From Micrococcus luteus NCTC 2665 (lineage in GTDB: Bacteria; Actinomycetota; Actinomycetes; Actinomycetales; Micrococcaceae), in NCBI RefSeq assembly GCF_000023205.1, contig NC_012803.1, positions 30,001-62,000 of the forward strand: a stretch of 32,000 bases of DNA, in the 5' to 3' direction. A program made the translations under genes and the position numbers. Each line of letters begins with the position of its first letter. The first letter of the stretch is position 1. Below, one piece after another: positions 7,814-16,953 of this stretch. The notes under the pieces are model-generated. The model saw only the letters and a list, made by a program, of their open reading frames with translations, ran no database searches and was not told where the DNA came from.

Positions 7814-9064
7814 GTGGGCAGAGGCGGGTTGTACTCAGGTTTCGAGGCGTACCGTGTCCTCACAGCGGAAGACATCAAGAGCGCGCTCCAGCACGGTGTC
7901 GTTGCCCTTGACACCAATGTGTTGCTGAATCTCTACCGGTACAACGAGAAGACTGTCGATGACTTGCTGCGCGTGGCCGAGGCTGCCGCAGAGCGCCTCT
8001 TCGTACCGCACCAGGTGGTCAGAGAGTTCTGGCGTAATCGCCAGTCGGTAATCGCGAGCCTAGGCAGCGCGTCCAGGGACGCCCAGGCAGCGCTGGCGAA
8101 GAACTCGACCTCAACGAAGGACGCGATAACCCGTTGGGCCAAGAGTGTTGCCCTTCCTGGCGAGGAAAGGGCCGACCTGACCAAGGAAGTGGACGACTTC
8201 TACGACGGGTTGCGTGAACGAGTAGGTGAGGAGCCCATCAGAGTCTCCGCTCACGCGCCCACGTCCGAGGACCTGTTGTTGGCACGACTGGAACAATTGC
8301 TTGAGGACTCTGTTGGCCCCGCGCTCTCGGAAGAGGACTGGAAGAAGGCGGTCGAGGAGGGCGAACGACGGGTAGAGAACTCGATCCCGCCTGGCTATAT
8401 GGATGTCGAAAAGCTTGAGTCTGACCTCCCGGAAGGGGCGTCAGGGGACTATCTCGTCTGGCATCAACTGCTTCTTGAGGGTGGTGAGCGTGGGGTCGAC
8501 TTGGTGCTTGTGACCGCAGACACGAAAGAAGATTGGTGGAACCGGGCAGATCGAGGGTCGATCATTGGTGCCCGCCACGAGCTGGTTGACGAGTACCTCC
8601 AAGCGACTGGGTGTCGGTTCTTTCTTCTCGAACCAGCGGACCTGATCAAGCACTCTTCGGCGCTGGGTGTTGGAACCAGCCTTGAGTCCGTCCACGACAT
8701 CGAACGTGTGCGTGACGAGGAACCAGAGCATGTCCCGTGGAGCGCTGACGCGGCGAGAGCAGTTCTGAGGGAACTCGATTCTCAGGGTCATACGCAGGCT
8801 GATGTGATCAGAGAAGCGATTGCGAATGGCGGAAGAATCTCGCGGGCGCGCGTCTATGAACTGGATAATCGTGACGAGAGCCAGATGCTGCGTGGATTCA
8901 CGCGGCCCGTCAAGCGCGTCACGGCCGAACTTCAAGCAAAGGGGGGCGTGCCATACGGCGTTGCCGCTTTGCTCGACGCCGTGTATGAGACTGGCGTGAA
9001 GTCGTCTCACTTTGCGGTACCCCATGAGGTCGTGGAGCTGCTCGGCGAGGAGCGCCCTATCTAA
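7814..9064 (+). CDS. PIN-like (DUF4935 / PIN_8-type) nuclease-domain protein with an extra C-terminal domain, 416 aa
   Basis: GTG start with GAGGAG 5 nt upstream. Acidic PIN-type positions lie in VVALDTNVLLNLYRY, VPHQVVREFW and VLVTADTKEDWWN, which is the DUF4935 consensus as I remember it. By eye it has more A/T-ending codons than the flanking genes. Confidence 0.6.
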   Translation: MGRGGLYSGFEAYRVLTAEDIKSALQHGVVALDTNVLLNLYRYNEKTVDDLLRVAEAAAERLFVPHQVVREFWRNRQSVIASLGSASRDAQAALAKNSTSTKDAITRWAKSVALPGEERADLTKEVDDFYDGLRERVGEEPIRVSAHAPTSEDLLLARLEQLLEDSVGPALSEEDWKKAVEEGERRVENSIPPGYMDVEKLESDLPEGASGDYLVWHQLLLEGGERGVDLVLVTADTKEDWWNRADRGSIIGARHELVDEYLQATGCRFFLLEPADLIKHSSALGVGTSLESVHDIERVRDEEPEHVPWSADAARAVLRELDSQGHTQADVIREAIANGGRISRARVYELDNRDESQMLRGFTRPVKRVTAELQAKGGVPYGVAALLDAVYETGVKSSHFAVPHEVVELLGEERPI

Positions 9065-9098
9065 TAGCTCCTCGAAGTGAGTCGCGCACCTGGGTGGT

Positions 9099-12000
9099 GT
9101 GACCGTCTCGATGCGGGTGATGAGCGCGGGCGATGGCTACAGGTATCTCCTGCGCACGGTCGCGGCTGCGGATGGCGACCGTGAGCTGTCCACGCCGCTG
9201 ACGAGGTACTACGCGGAGGCGGGCACACCACCGGGCCAATGGCTCGGCTCCGGCGTCACCTCACTCGGCAAGGGTCAGCTCGCGGTCGGTGATCGGGTGT
9301 CGGAGGCCCAGCTCCAGCTCTTGATGGGCATGGGCCGTGACCCGATCACCGGCGACCCGCTCGGTCACGCCTTCCCCGCCTACAAGTCCGTGCCGGAGCG
9401 GATCGAGTCCCGGATCGCCGACCTCGACCCCGGCCTGAGCCCAGGTGCCAAGGGCCAGGCGGTCGCGCAGATCGAGGTCGAGGAGACCGAACGCGGCAGA
9501 CGCCGGGCGGTAGCCGGGTTCGACTTCACCTTCTCGATCCCGAAGTCGGCCTCGGCGTTGTGGGCTGTCGCCGACTCAGGGACGCAGGCCCTCATCGGGA
9601 AGGCACATCACGCGGCGGTTGCGGAGGTGGTTGCGTTCATGGAGCGCGAGGTTGCAGCCACCCGCTCCGGCGCAACCGCCGGTGATGGAGCGGTTGCGCA
9701 GGTCGATGTGACCGGGCTGGTGGCGACGGCGTTCGATCACTTCGACTCCCGCGCCGGCGACCCTCACCTGCACACCCACGTCGTCATCTCCAACAAGGTC
9801 CAGACTGCCTTCGACGGCAGATGGCGCAGTCTGGATGGGCGTCCGATGCACGCCGCCGTGGTCGCCCTGTCGGAGCTGCACGAGGCGGTGTTCGCCGACC
9901 ACATGACCCGCACCTTCGGCGTCGCATGGGAGGCCCGCGACATGGGCCGAGACCGCAACCCCGCGTGGGCGATCAGCAGCGTGCCCGAGGAGCTGGTGGC
10001 CGAGTTCTCCACCCGTGCCCGACACATCGACGCCGAGAAGGACAGACTCATCGCCGAGTACGTCGCCAAGCACGGCCGCCAACCCTCCACAGCCACGATC
10101 ATCAAGCTCCGCGCCCAAGCCACCCTCGCCACACGCCCGGAGAAGGAAGTGCGGTCGCTGGCCGAACTGACTGCCGAGTGGCGCACCCGCGCCAGCGGGG
10201 TGCTCGGCCAGGACACCACCGCCTGGGCAAGCGCCGCGACGGACAACGACAAGCCGCTGCTGCTGCGAGCCGATGACGTGCCCCTGGATGCGATCGGCGA
10301 ACTCGGGCGGACCGTGGTCGGGGTGGTGGGTGAGAGGCGGTCCACGTGGCGGCGGTGGAACCTGATGGCCGAGGCGTCCCGGCAAACGATGGGCTGGCGC
10401 TTCGCCACCATGCAAGACCGCGAAGCTGTGGTGGGCATGGTGGCCGACGCCGCCGAGGCTGTGTCGCTGCGGCTGACGCCACCCGACTTCGCCACGAGCC
10501 CGGTCGCGTTCCGGAGGGTGGATGGCACCAGCGTGTTCCGGCCCAAGCACTCGACGGTGTTCTCCTCCGAGCTGCTGCTGGCCGCCGAGGATCGGCTGTT
10601 GGACCGCTCCCGCACCGCGACCGGACCGACCGTGCCGCTGGCCACGGTCGAGAAGGTCACCACGGAGCCTGATCGTGAGGGGCGGATGCTCGGTGAGGAT
10701 CAGGCCGACGCGCTGATGAAGGTCGCGGTCTCTGGCCGGATGCTCGATGTGCTGGTGGGGCCGGCGGGCGCGGGGAAGACGACGGCTATGTCGGCGTTGC
10801 GGCGTGCGTGGGAGAAGGAACACGGCGAGGGCTCCGTGGTCGGGCTGGCACCGTCCGCGGTCGCGGCGCAGGTTCTCGCTGACGATCTGGGCATTGCGAC
10901 GGAGAACACCGCGAAGTGGTGGCAGGACCACCTCATCCACGGCGAGAACTTCCGGGCAGGTCAGCTCGTCATCATCGACGAAGCCTCCCTGGCCGGAACG
11001 CTCTCGTTGGATCGGATCACGCACCTGGCCGAGCGGGCGGGGGCGAAGGTGCTGCTGGTCGGCGACTATGCCCAGCTCCAGTCCGTGGATGCCGGTGACG
11101 CTTTCGGGCTCCTCGTCGGTGACCGGGACGATGCGCCCGAACTGGTCGATGTGCACCGGTTCACCCACGAGTGGGAGAAGACCGCCTCCCTCGCACTGCG
11201 CCACGGGCGCACGCAGGTGATCGACGCCTACCTCGACCACGACCGCATCCGCGACGGTGACGCCGAGGCGATGACCGACGCCGCCTATACCGCCTGGCGC
11301 GCCGACCGGAGCCAAGGCTTGGTGTCGGTGCTGGTCGCTGAGACCCGTGACGACGTGAGCGCCCTCAACCAGCGCGCCCGTGCCGATCTGATTCTCGACG
11401 GCACGTTGAGGCCTGGTCGGGAGGTCGAGCTGAACGACGGCGTCACTGCTGGGGTTGGGGACACGATCATCACCCGCCGCAACGACCGCCGCCTCCGCAA
11501 CGGCAAGGACTGGGTCCGCAACGGTGACGCCTGGACCGTCACCGGTGTCCGAGACGACGGCTCGGTCACGATCCGCAAGGCCGGCCGTCGGTTCGGCGGC
11601 TCTCTCGTCCTCCCCACCGCCTACGTGACCGACCATGTTGATCTGGGATATGCGATCACTGCCCACAGGGCGCAAGGCGTCACCGTCGACACTGCGCACG
11701 TGCTGGTGGAGCCGACAACCACGCGGGAGAACTTCTATGTCGCGATGACCCGCGGCAAGCACGCCAACCGCGCCTACGTGATCCTCGACCGGCCCGACGA
11801 GCACGCCCACCCGCATCCGGGCGACAACGCCGACGCTACCGGCCGGTCCGTGCTATTCGGCGTACTCCAGCACGTCGGGGCGGAGTTGTCCGCGCACGAG
11901 ACCATCACCGCCGAACAGGAGCAGTGGGGTTCGATCGCCCAGCTCGTGGCGGAGTACGAGACCATCGCCGCCGCAGCACAACGCGACCGCTGGGCCACCC

Positions 12001-12644
12001 TGATCCGCGGCTCGGGCCTGACTGCCGAACAGGCCGAGGCCGCGATCGAGTCCGAGGCGTTCGGGGCGCTCACCGCGGAACTGCGCCGAGCCGAGGCCAA
12101 CCACCACGACCTCGACACCTTGCTCCCACGCCTGGTTGTCGCGCGCGGGTTCACCGACGCCGACGACATCGCCTCCGTCCTGCACTACCGGGTGGCCCGT
12201 GCCACCGCCCGCCCAGCCGGCTCGGGACGCACCCGCAAGACGCCACGGATGATCGCCGGACTGATCCCGTCCGCGGACGGCCCGATGACCGGCGACATGC
12301 GGCAGGCACTCGATGAGCGGCGCGAGCTGATCGAGACCCGCGCCGAGGCCGTGCTCGACACCGCATGCGACGCCGGAGAAGCATGGACGCGGCCACTCGG
12401 TGAGCCACCGCGCGAGCCGCGCACGGCAGCGGCGTGGCGACGGCATGGCCGCACCATCGCTGCTTACCGTGACCGGTACGGCATCACCGACGTGACGCCG
12501 CTCGGATCACCGGCCGAGAGTGACACACAGAAGATCGATCAAGCGCGAGCCGCCGCCGCGCTGCGGACCATCACACTGGCAACGCAGGCCCCGGAGCGTG
12601 AGAGCCAGCCCGTCAGACAAGTGACTCGCGGGCTCGGGCTCTGA
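9099..12644 (+). CDS. MobF-family conjugative relaxase (TrwC/TraA type) fused to a RecD-like helicase, 1181 aa
   Basis: N-terminus MTVSMRVMSAGDGYRYLL. Histidine triad FDHFDSRAGDPHLHTHVVISN. Walker A LVGPAGAGKTT. Walker B LVIIDEASL. C-terminus YAITAHRAQGVTVD. The GTG 9099 start is preferred over ATG 9111 by spacing to the conserved SAGDGY motif. Confidence 0.92.
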   Translation: MTVSMRVMSAGDGYRYLLRTVAAADGDRELSTPLTRYYAEAGTPPGQWLGSGVTSLGKGQLAVGDRVSEAQLQLLMGMGRDPITGDPLGHAFPAYKSVPERIESRIADLDPGLSPGAKGQAVAQIEVEETERGRRRAVAGFDFTFSIPKSASALWAVADSGTQALIGKAHHAAVAEVVAFMEREVAATRSGATAGDGAVAQVDVTGLVATAFDHFDSRAGDPHLHTHVVISNKVQTAFDGRWRSLDGRPMHAAVVALSELHEAVFADHMTRTFGVAWEARDMGRDRNPAWAISSVPEELVAEFSTRARHIDAEKDRLIAEYVAKHGRQPSTATIIKLRAQATLATRPEKEVRSLAELTAEWRTRASGVLGQDTTAWASAATDNDKPLLLRADDVPLDAIGELGRTVVGVVGERRSTWRRWNLMAEASRQTMGWRFATMQDREAVVGMVADAAEAVSLRLTPPDFATSPVAFRRVDGTSVFRPKHSTVFSSELLLAAEDRLLDRSRTATGPTVPLATVEKVTTEPDREGRMLGEDQADALMKVAVSGRMLDVLVGPAGAGKTTAMSALRRAWEKEHGEGSVVGLAPSAVAAQVLADDLGIATENTAKWWQDHLIHGENFRAGQLVIIDEASLAGTLSLDRITHLAERAGAKVLLVGDYAQLQSVDAGDAFGLLVGDRDDAPELVDVHRFTHEWEKTASLALRHGRTQVIDAYLDHDRIRDGDAEAMTDAAYTAWRADRSQGLVSVLVAETRDDVSALNQRARADLILDGTLRPGREVELNDGVTAGVGDTIITRRNDRRLRNGKDWVRNGDAWTVTGVRDDGSVTIRKAGRRFGGSLVLPTAYVTDHVDLGYAITAHRAQGVTVDTAHVLVEPTTTRENFYVAMTRGKHANRAYVILDRPDEHAHPHPGDNADATGRSVLFGVLQHVGAELSAHETITAEQEQWGSIAQLVAEYETIAAAAQRDRWATLIRGSGLTAEQAEAAIESEAFGALTAELRRAEANHHDLDTLLPRLVVARGFTDADDIASVLHYRVARATARPAGSGRTRKTPRMIAGLIPSADGPMTGDMRQALDERRELIETRAEAVLDTACDAGEAWTRPLGEPPREPRTAAAWRRHGRTIAAYRDRYGITDVTPLGSPAESDTQKIDQARAAAALRTITLATQAPERESQPVRQVTRGLGL

Positions 12645-12701
12645 GGGGACCGCATCGGCCTGTCATCCTTACTGGAGACGATTGGACGGAATGGTGACGG
12701 C

Positions 12702-13832
12702 ATGACACAAGCCGAGCTCGCGGCTGAGGTGGCGCGCCGCCTCGGAGTCGTCGCGCATCCCGCCACCACCCAGATCGCCGAAGCGGTCGCGTTGTTCGCC
12801 CCGTTGGGATGGGCGATGTGCGGTCGCTGGCACCAGGCCGGGACCGTTCGGGTCCTGCGGCTTGCTGCAAGTGGTGTTGAGTCCGCGGCGATCGATGAGG
12901 CGATCACCGAGGTCTGGAACTCTGACAATCAGGTTCTTCTCCGGCATGCAGCGGCACCGATACGGCGATGGTCGAACTCGCACTACCCGTTCAAGCAGGT
13001 GATTTGGGACCGCGTGGCTCTCATCGAGAAGGCGATTCAGCATCATCTCGCGGGAGCCTACGAGGCGTCGATCCCGATCATCCTTGCGCAGATCGACGGG
13101 ATGAGCCGCGACCTGACAGGGCAGTCGTTCTTTTCCAAAGCCAACGCGGACCCGTATCTTGATGACGCAACGCTGGCCGGGATGGAGGAGAACCTGCCGG
13201 TCGTCCGCCGAGTCTTCTCCAAGAACGTCGATGAGTCCGGAAGCTTCGGTCTCGTCTCACGCCACGGTGTTTTGCACGGTCGAGACCTTGGCTACGCGAC
13301 GCGTGTGAACTCGACCAAGACGATCGTGCTCGTCGCCGCTCTGGCGGAGTACTTTCCGCGTATCGCGGATGACGCCGGCGCTCGGCTACGCCGACTCCAC
13401 GAAGAGTCCGTTGCTGGCTCGCGGGAACTCGATGAGTCGGGTCGGCTGCTCGATGATCGACACCTCCCCGAGCTACTCAACTTCGCCTACGACTTCGACA
13501 CCGAGTACCTCAACGCTGTGCTCCTTCGTCCCGGCCCGTTCGATGTACACGCGACGCTCGCGGAGCTTGCCAGGAAGCACAACCTCGACCACGATACCTT
13601 TGTCGTCGGGCAAGATCGCGTCGGCTGCTGGTGGCACTACACAGTCCCCGCAGGCCAGACGCTCGGCTATGCGGCTCGGCCGACGACCAGCACCGAAAGG
13701 CGGCACCCCGACGTCTGGCGATGGGACACCTCCGACGCGCCCACCGGGCCGCCGTGGACGAAGGCGGAGGGGTGGCGATCGGACGATGACTTCCCGCGGT
13801 CACCCAATTGGGAGCGCGACCCCGTCATCTGA
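12702..13832 (+). CDS. Hypothetical protein, 376 aa, with a HEPN-like R-x4-H motif
   Basis: High-GC3 ORF 57 nt after the relaxase stop. The helical region AIQHHLAGAYEASIPIILAQIDGMSRDL is followed by GLVSRHGVLHGRDLGY (R187-x4-H192). I do not recognise a family. Confidence 0.55.
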   Translation: MTQAELAAEVARRLGVVAHPATTQIAEAVALFAPLGWAMCGRWHQAGTVRVLRLAASGVESAAIDEAITEVWNSDNQVLLRHAAAPIRRWSNSHYPFKQVIWDRVALIEKAIQHHLAGAYEASIPIILAQIDGMSRDLTGQSFFSKANADPYLDDATLAGMEENLPVVRRVFSKNVDESGSFGLVSRHGVLHGRDLGYATRVNSTKTIVLVAALAEYFPRIADDAGARLRRLHEESVAGSRELDESGRLLDDRHLPELLNFAYDFDTEYLNAVLLRPGPFDVHATLAELARKHNLDHDTFVVGQDRVGCWWHYTVPAGQTLGYAARPTTSTERRHPDVWRWDTSDAPTGPPWTKAEGWRSDDDFPRSPNWERDPVI

Positions 13833-13878
13833 CGATGTGACGGACGAAACGTATCGATAGCGGAGAGCGAGAGACGAA

Positions 13879-14520
13879 GTGAGTGAAGATCCGGTTGGTC
13901 GTGCCGAAGGCATCATCGCTGGGTTCGACGCGATACTGCCCGAGCAAGAACGGGTGCTGGAACAAGCTGCTGAGAACGTCAAGCTCGGTCTCGAAAGAGA
14001 CTCCGAGGTCTACCGAGGGTTCACGCAGCTTCAGTTCTTCATCCTCACGGTCGACTTTGATATGCGGGTCATGCTCCGCGCTCTGCTTGCCGACCCGCAG
14101 AATCGGCTCACCGCCGAGAAGTTCCTCGCCTTGACCCTCGAAGAGGCAGAAGAGTCGGCAGGGCGGATGGTCAATGCCGTATCCAAGGCGATGCGGACTC
14201 TACCCAATGACACCGGCATCCATCTGTTCGACATCACCAAGTTCGATGAAGCGGTGCGCGCATTCAAACAGGCGATGTCGGAGATGAGGGACGACAAGGA
14301 GTTCAACAAGACCCTACGTCTCATTCGGAACACGGTCTCCGGCCACATTGTCGGCGACGAGGTCGGTGTCCAGAACAGCGCAATCTGGGTCCTCACCCGC
14401 AAAGGCGTCCCACGCGACATCGACGGAGTCTTGCGGAGCCAGATCGTCTACTACGCCATCGCGACGTTGAAGGCACTGAGCGAGTTCGCGCAGGGGCTGC
14501 AACGAACCCTGCGCGCCTGA
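13879..14520 (+). CDS. Hypothetical helical protein, 213 aa, with an Abi/HEPN-like RNxxxxH motif
   Basis: GTG start 46 nt after the previous stop. TLRLIRNTVSGHIVGDE (R150-N-x4-H156) resembles the RN...H signature of Abi-type HEPN domains. Confidence 0.5.
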   Translation: MSEDPVGRAEGIIAGFDAILPEQERVLEQAAENVKLGLERDSEVYRGFTQLQFFILTVDFDMRVMLRALLADPQNRLTAEKFLALTLEEAEESAGRMVNAVSKAMRTLPNDTGIHLFDITKFDEAVRAFKQAMSEMRDDKEFNKTLRLIRNTVSGHIVGDEVGVQNSAIWVLTRKGVPRDIDGVLRSQIVYYAIATLKALSEFAQGLQRTLRA

Positions 14521-14714
14521 GTGCTTTCCACGACCGAGCGGAGGCGGCAGCGAGGGAGTCGCAGTGGAGGGGAGTGTGACAGCTCCGTCTGAATCGGTCC
14601 AGAAGCGACCGGTCCGTTGCCTGCGCCGAGCCAGCACATTGGCGACACGTACCGAGGTGTTGAGAGCGCGTCGCAGCAACGGCCTGTGTCAGACCGCCAT
14701 GGGAAGGTTGAAGC

Positions 14715-15239
14715 ATGGTAGCCATCTCAATCGTTGCCCTGGTCATCTCGGCCTTCGCCCTGCCATTCACCATCTGGGCAGCGCGGGCGGCCGCGAGGCA
14801 GGCGAAGGCGGCGCACGACCAGACGGAGATCCAACGCGAGCAGGTAGCCGCCGCGCGGGAGCAGACTCAACTACAACGCGATCTCGCTCATGAGGCACTA
14901 CAGCCCTACGTGTGGGCGGACATCCAGCCAGATATGCAACAAGGCACCGTGATGCACGTGGTGGTGGGTAACAACGGTCCCACCGTCGCACGCAACGTGA
15001 GGGTGACGTTCGATCCACCGCTTCCAGCCGGCCAGCAACAGTCGGACAAGGTCGAGAGTGTTCAGCGGGTGCTCGCCAGCGGACTCCGCTCACTCGCGCC
15101 GAAACGGGAAATCCGGTGGACGCTCGGTGCCGGCTACGACCTCCTGTCCAGCGAGGAACCACAGGTCCGCACTGTGCGTGTCGAAGGCGAGGGCCCGCAC
15201 GGTCCGGGTCAAGTCCCGAGTAGTGGTGTAACGCTCTGA
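14715..15239 (+). pseudogene. N-terminally membrane-anchored hypothetical protein, 5' part, truncated by IS256 copy 2. Native sequence is 14715..15206; the tail GQVPSSGVTL* is IS-encoded
   Basis: The TM segment is MVAISIVALVISAFALPFTIWAA. The frame enters the IS at 15207. Confidence 0.7.
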
Positions 15240-16631
15240 TCCTCCATTGGTGCTGTTAGGCGCTGAGTTCGAGGGTGGTTTCCGGTTCGGCGTTCACCTC
15301 GTTCCCGGTGTCGTCCACGGTGGTGAGGCGGCAGCGGGCCAACACCTCGAGGCCGAGGTAGCGGCGGCCCTCGGCCCACTCATCGGTCTGCTCAGCCAGC
15401 ACCGCCCCGACCAGGCGCACGATCGCTGCCCGGTTCGGGAAGATGCCCACGGCGTCGGTGCGACGCCGGATCTCGCGGTTGAGCCGTTCGGCCGGGTTGT
15501 TCGACCAGATCTGGGTCCACACGTCCTTGGGGAACGTGGTGAACGCCAGGATGTCCGCCCGGGCACCATCGAGGTGTTCGGCCACCGCGGGCAGCTTTTC
15601 GCTGACGTAGTCCAGCAGCCGGTCGAACTGGGCGTCCACGCTGGCGGCGTCGGGCTGGTCATACACCGAGTGCAGCATGGCCTTCACGGCCGGCCACATG
15701 GACTTGGGGGTGATGCCCATCAGGTTCGCCGCGTAGTGGGTCCGGCACCGCTGCCAGGTCGCTCCGGGCAGGTTCGCGGCGATGGCGTCCTTGAGCCCGG
15801 TGTGGGCGTCGGAAGTGACCAGGCGGACTCCGGTCAGGCCCCGGGCCACCAGGTCGGCGAAGAACTCGTTCCACGCCGACCCCGTCTCCGAGGTGGCCAC
15901 CCGCAGGCCGAGGACCTCGCGGTGGCCGTCACCATTGACCCCGGTGGCCAGCAGCACCACGGCGTTGACCACCCGGCCGCCCTCGCGGACCTTCATGCTC
16001 AGCGCGTCGGCGGCCACGAACGTGAACGGCCCAGCCTCCCCGAGCGGGCGATGACGGAAGGACTCGACCTGCTCGTCCAGCTCGGTGGCCATCCGCGAGA
16101 CCTGGGACTTCGACAGCGCGTTGATCCCGAGGGTCTTGACCAGTTTGTCCATCCGCCGGGTCGAGACCCCGGCCAGGTAGCAGTCGGCGACCACCGTGAT
16201 CAGCGCGGATTCGGCCCTTTTGCGGCGCTCGAGCAGCCACTCCGGGAAGTACGTGCCCGACCTGAGTTTGGGGATCGCCACGTCCAGGGTCCCGACCCGG
16301 GTGTCCAGGTCCCGGTGCCGGTACCCGTTGCGCTGGGTAGCTCGGCCCGGGGTGGGTTTACCCCATTCGGCGCCGACCACCGCGTCGGCGTCAGCGGAGA
16401 GCAGGGAGTTGATCACGGTCTGCAGCAACGAACGCATCAAATCCGGGGATGCTTCGGACAGGGCTTCGCCGAGCAGGCCGGCAGGGTCGACAATATGAGG
16501 AGCGGTCATCGTGATGACTCCGTTCGAGGATTCTGTGAGAGGTTGACTCGAAGGATCACACGGTGGCCGCGTCCACGTCTGGAACGACGTGCCCGACCAC
16601 CGGGCGCTACACCACTATGCGGGACTCAACT
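15207..16631 (-). mobile_element. IS256-family insertion sequence, copy 2 (1425 bp), inverted relative to copies 1 and 3
   Basis: Same ends as copy 1. The 8-bp target duplication ACGGTCCG lies at 15199-15206 and 16632-16639. Confidence 0.92.
15256..16509 (-). CDS. IS256-family transposase, 417 aa
   Basis: The protein, and all overlapping shadow ORFs, are identical to those of copies 1 and 3. Confidence 0.93.
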   Translation of the reverse strand: MTAPHIVDPAGLLGEALSEASPDLMRSLLQTVINSLLSADADAVVGAEWGKPTPGRATQRNGYRHRDLDTRVGTLDVAIPKLRSGTYFPEWLLERRKRAESALITVVADCYLAGVSTRRMDKLVKTLGINALSKSQVSRMATELDEQVESFRHRPLGEAGPFTFVAADALSMKVREGGRVVNAVVLLATGVNGDGHREVLGLRVATSETGSAWNEFFADLVARGLTGVRLVTSDAHTGLKDAIAANLPGATWQRCRTHYAANLMGITPKSMWPAVKAMLHSVYDQPDAASVDAQFDRLLDYVSEKLPAVAEHLDGARADILAFTTFPKDVWTQIWSNNPAERLNREIRRRTDAVGIFPNRAAIVRLVGAVLAEQTDEWAEGRRYLGLEVLARCRLTTVDDTGNEVNAEPETTLELSA

Positions 16632-16639
16632 ACGGTCCG

Positions 16640-16942
16640 CTGCCTGTCCTCGAAATTCAGATCGACATCTCAGAGTGGCGTCAGGCCAGGGACGCTCCGG
16701 ACGGCTCACTGCACCATGTACGTGGCGCGATCAAAGACCTCACCAAGGCCGTGGGTGGCGTAGACAAGACGATGAAGCGTGTTGTCGATCGCTTGGATTA
16801 CCCAGCGCCAGAGACGGTCGAACTCAATGAAATGAGCGACGCCTTCACCAGGCAGCAACTCGCACCGCCAGCACCCGAGGATGAGGCGGATTCCAGCACG
16901 GATCGAGCATCACTGCCACCGCCGACGGCGGAGGAACAATAG
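16640..16942 (+). pseudogene. 3' fragment of the membrane-anchored hypothetical gene interrupted by IS256 copy 2
   Basis: After the duplicated CAC GGT CCG (HGP) the frame continues LPVLEIQIDISEWRQARDAPDGSLHHVRGAIKDLTKAV...PPPTAEEQ* with TAG at 16940-16942. This matches the tail of track ORF 16589..16942. Confidence 0.75.
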
Positions 16943-16953
16943 CGCCTGCGGAA

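Noticed and set aside
9065-9098. An oriT or nic site immediately upstream of the relaxase gene.
   Set aside because: The gap is only 34 nt and I could see no inverted repeat in it. oriT is probably elsewhere, and I cannot locate it from the sequence alone.
9576-11816. A 746-aa minus-strand ORF, with other ORFs inside 9099-12644.
   Set aside because: It is antisense to the MobF relaxase, which has unmistakable motifs, and its composition is typical of a shadow ORF.
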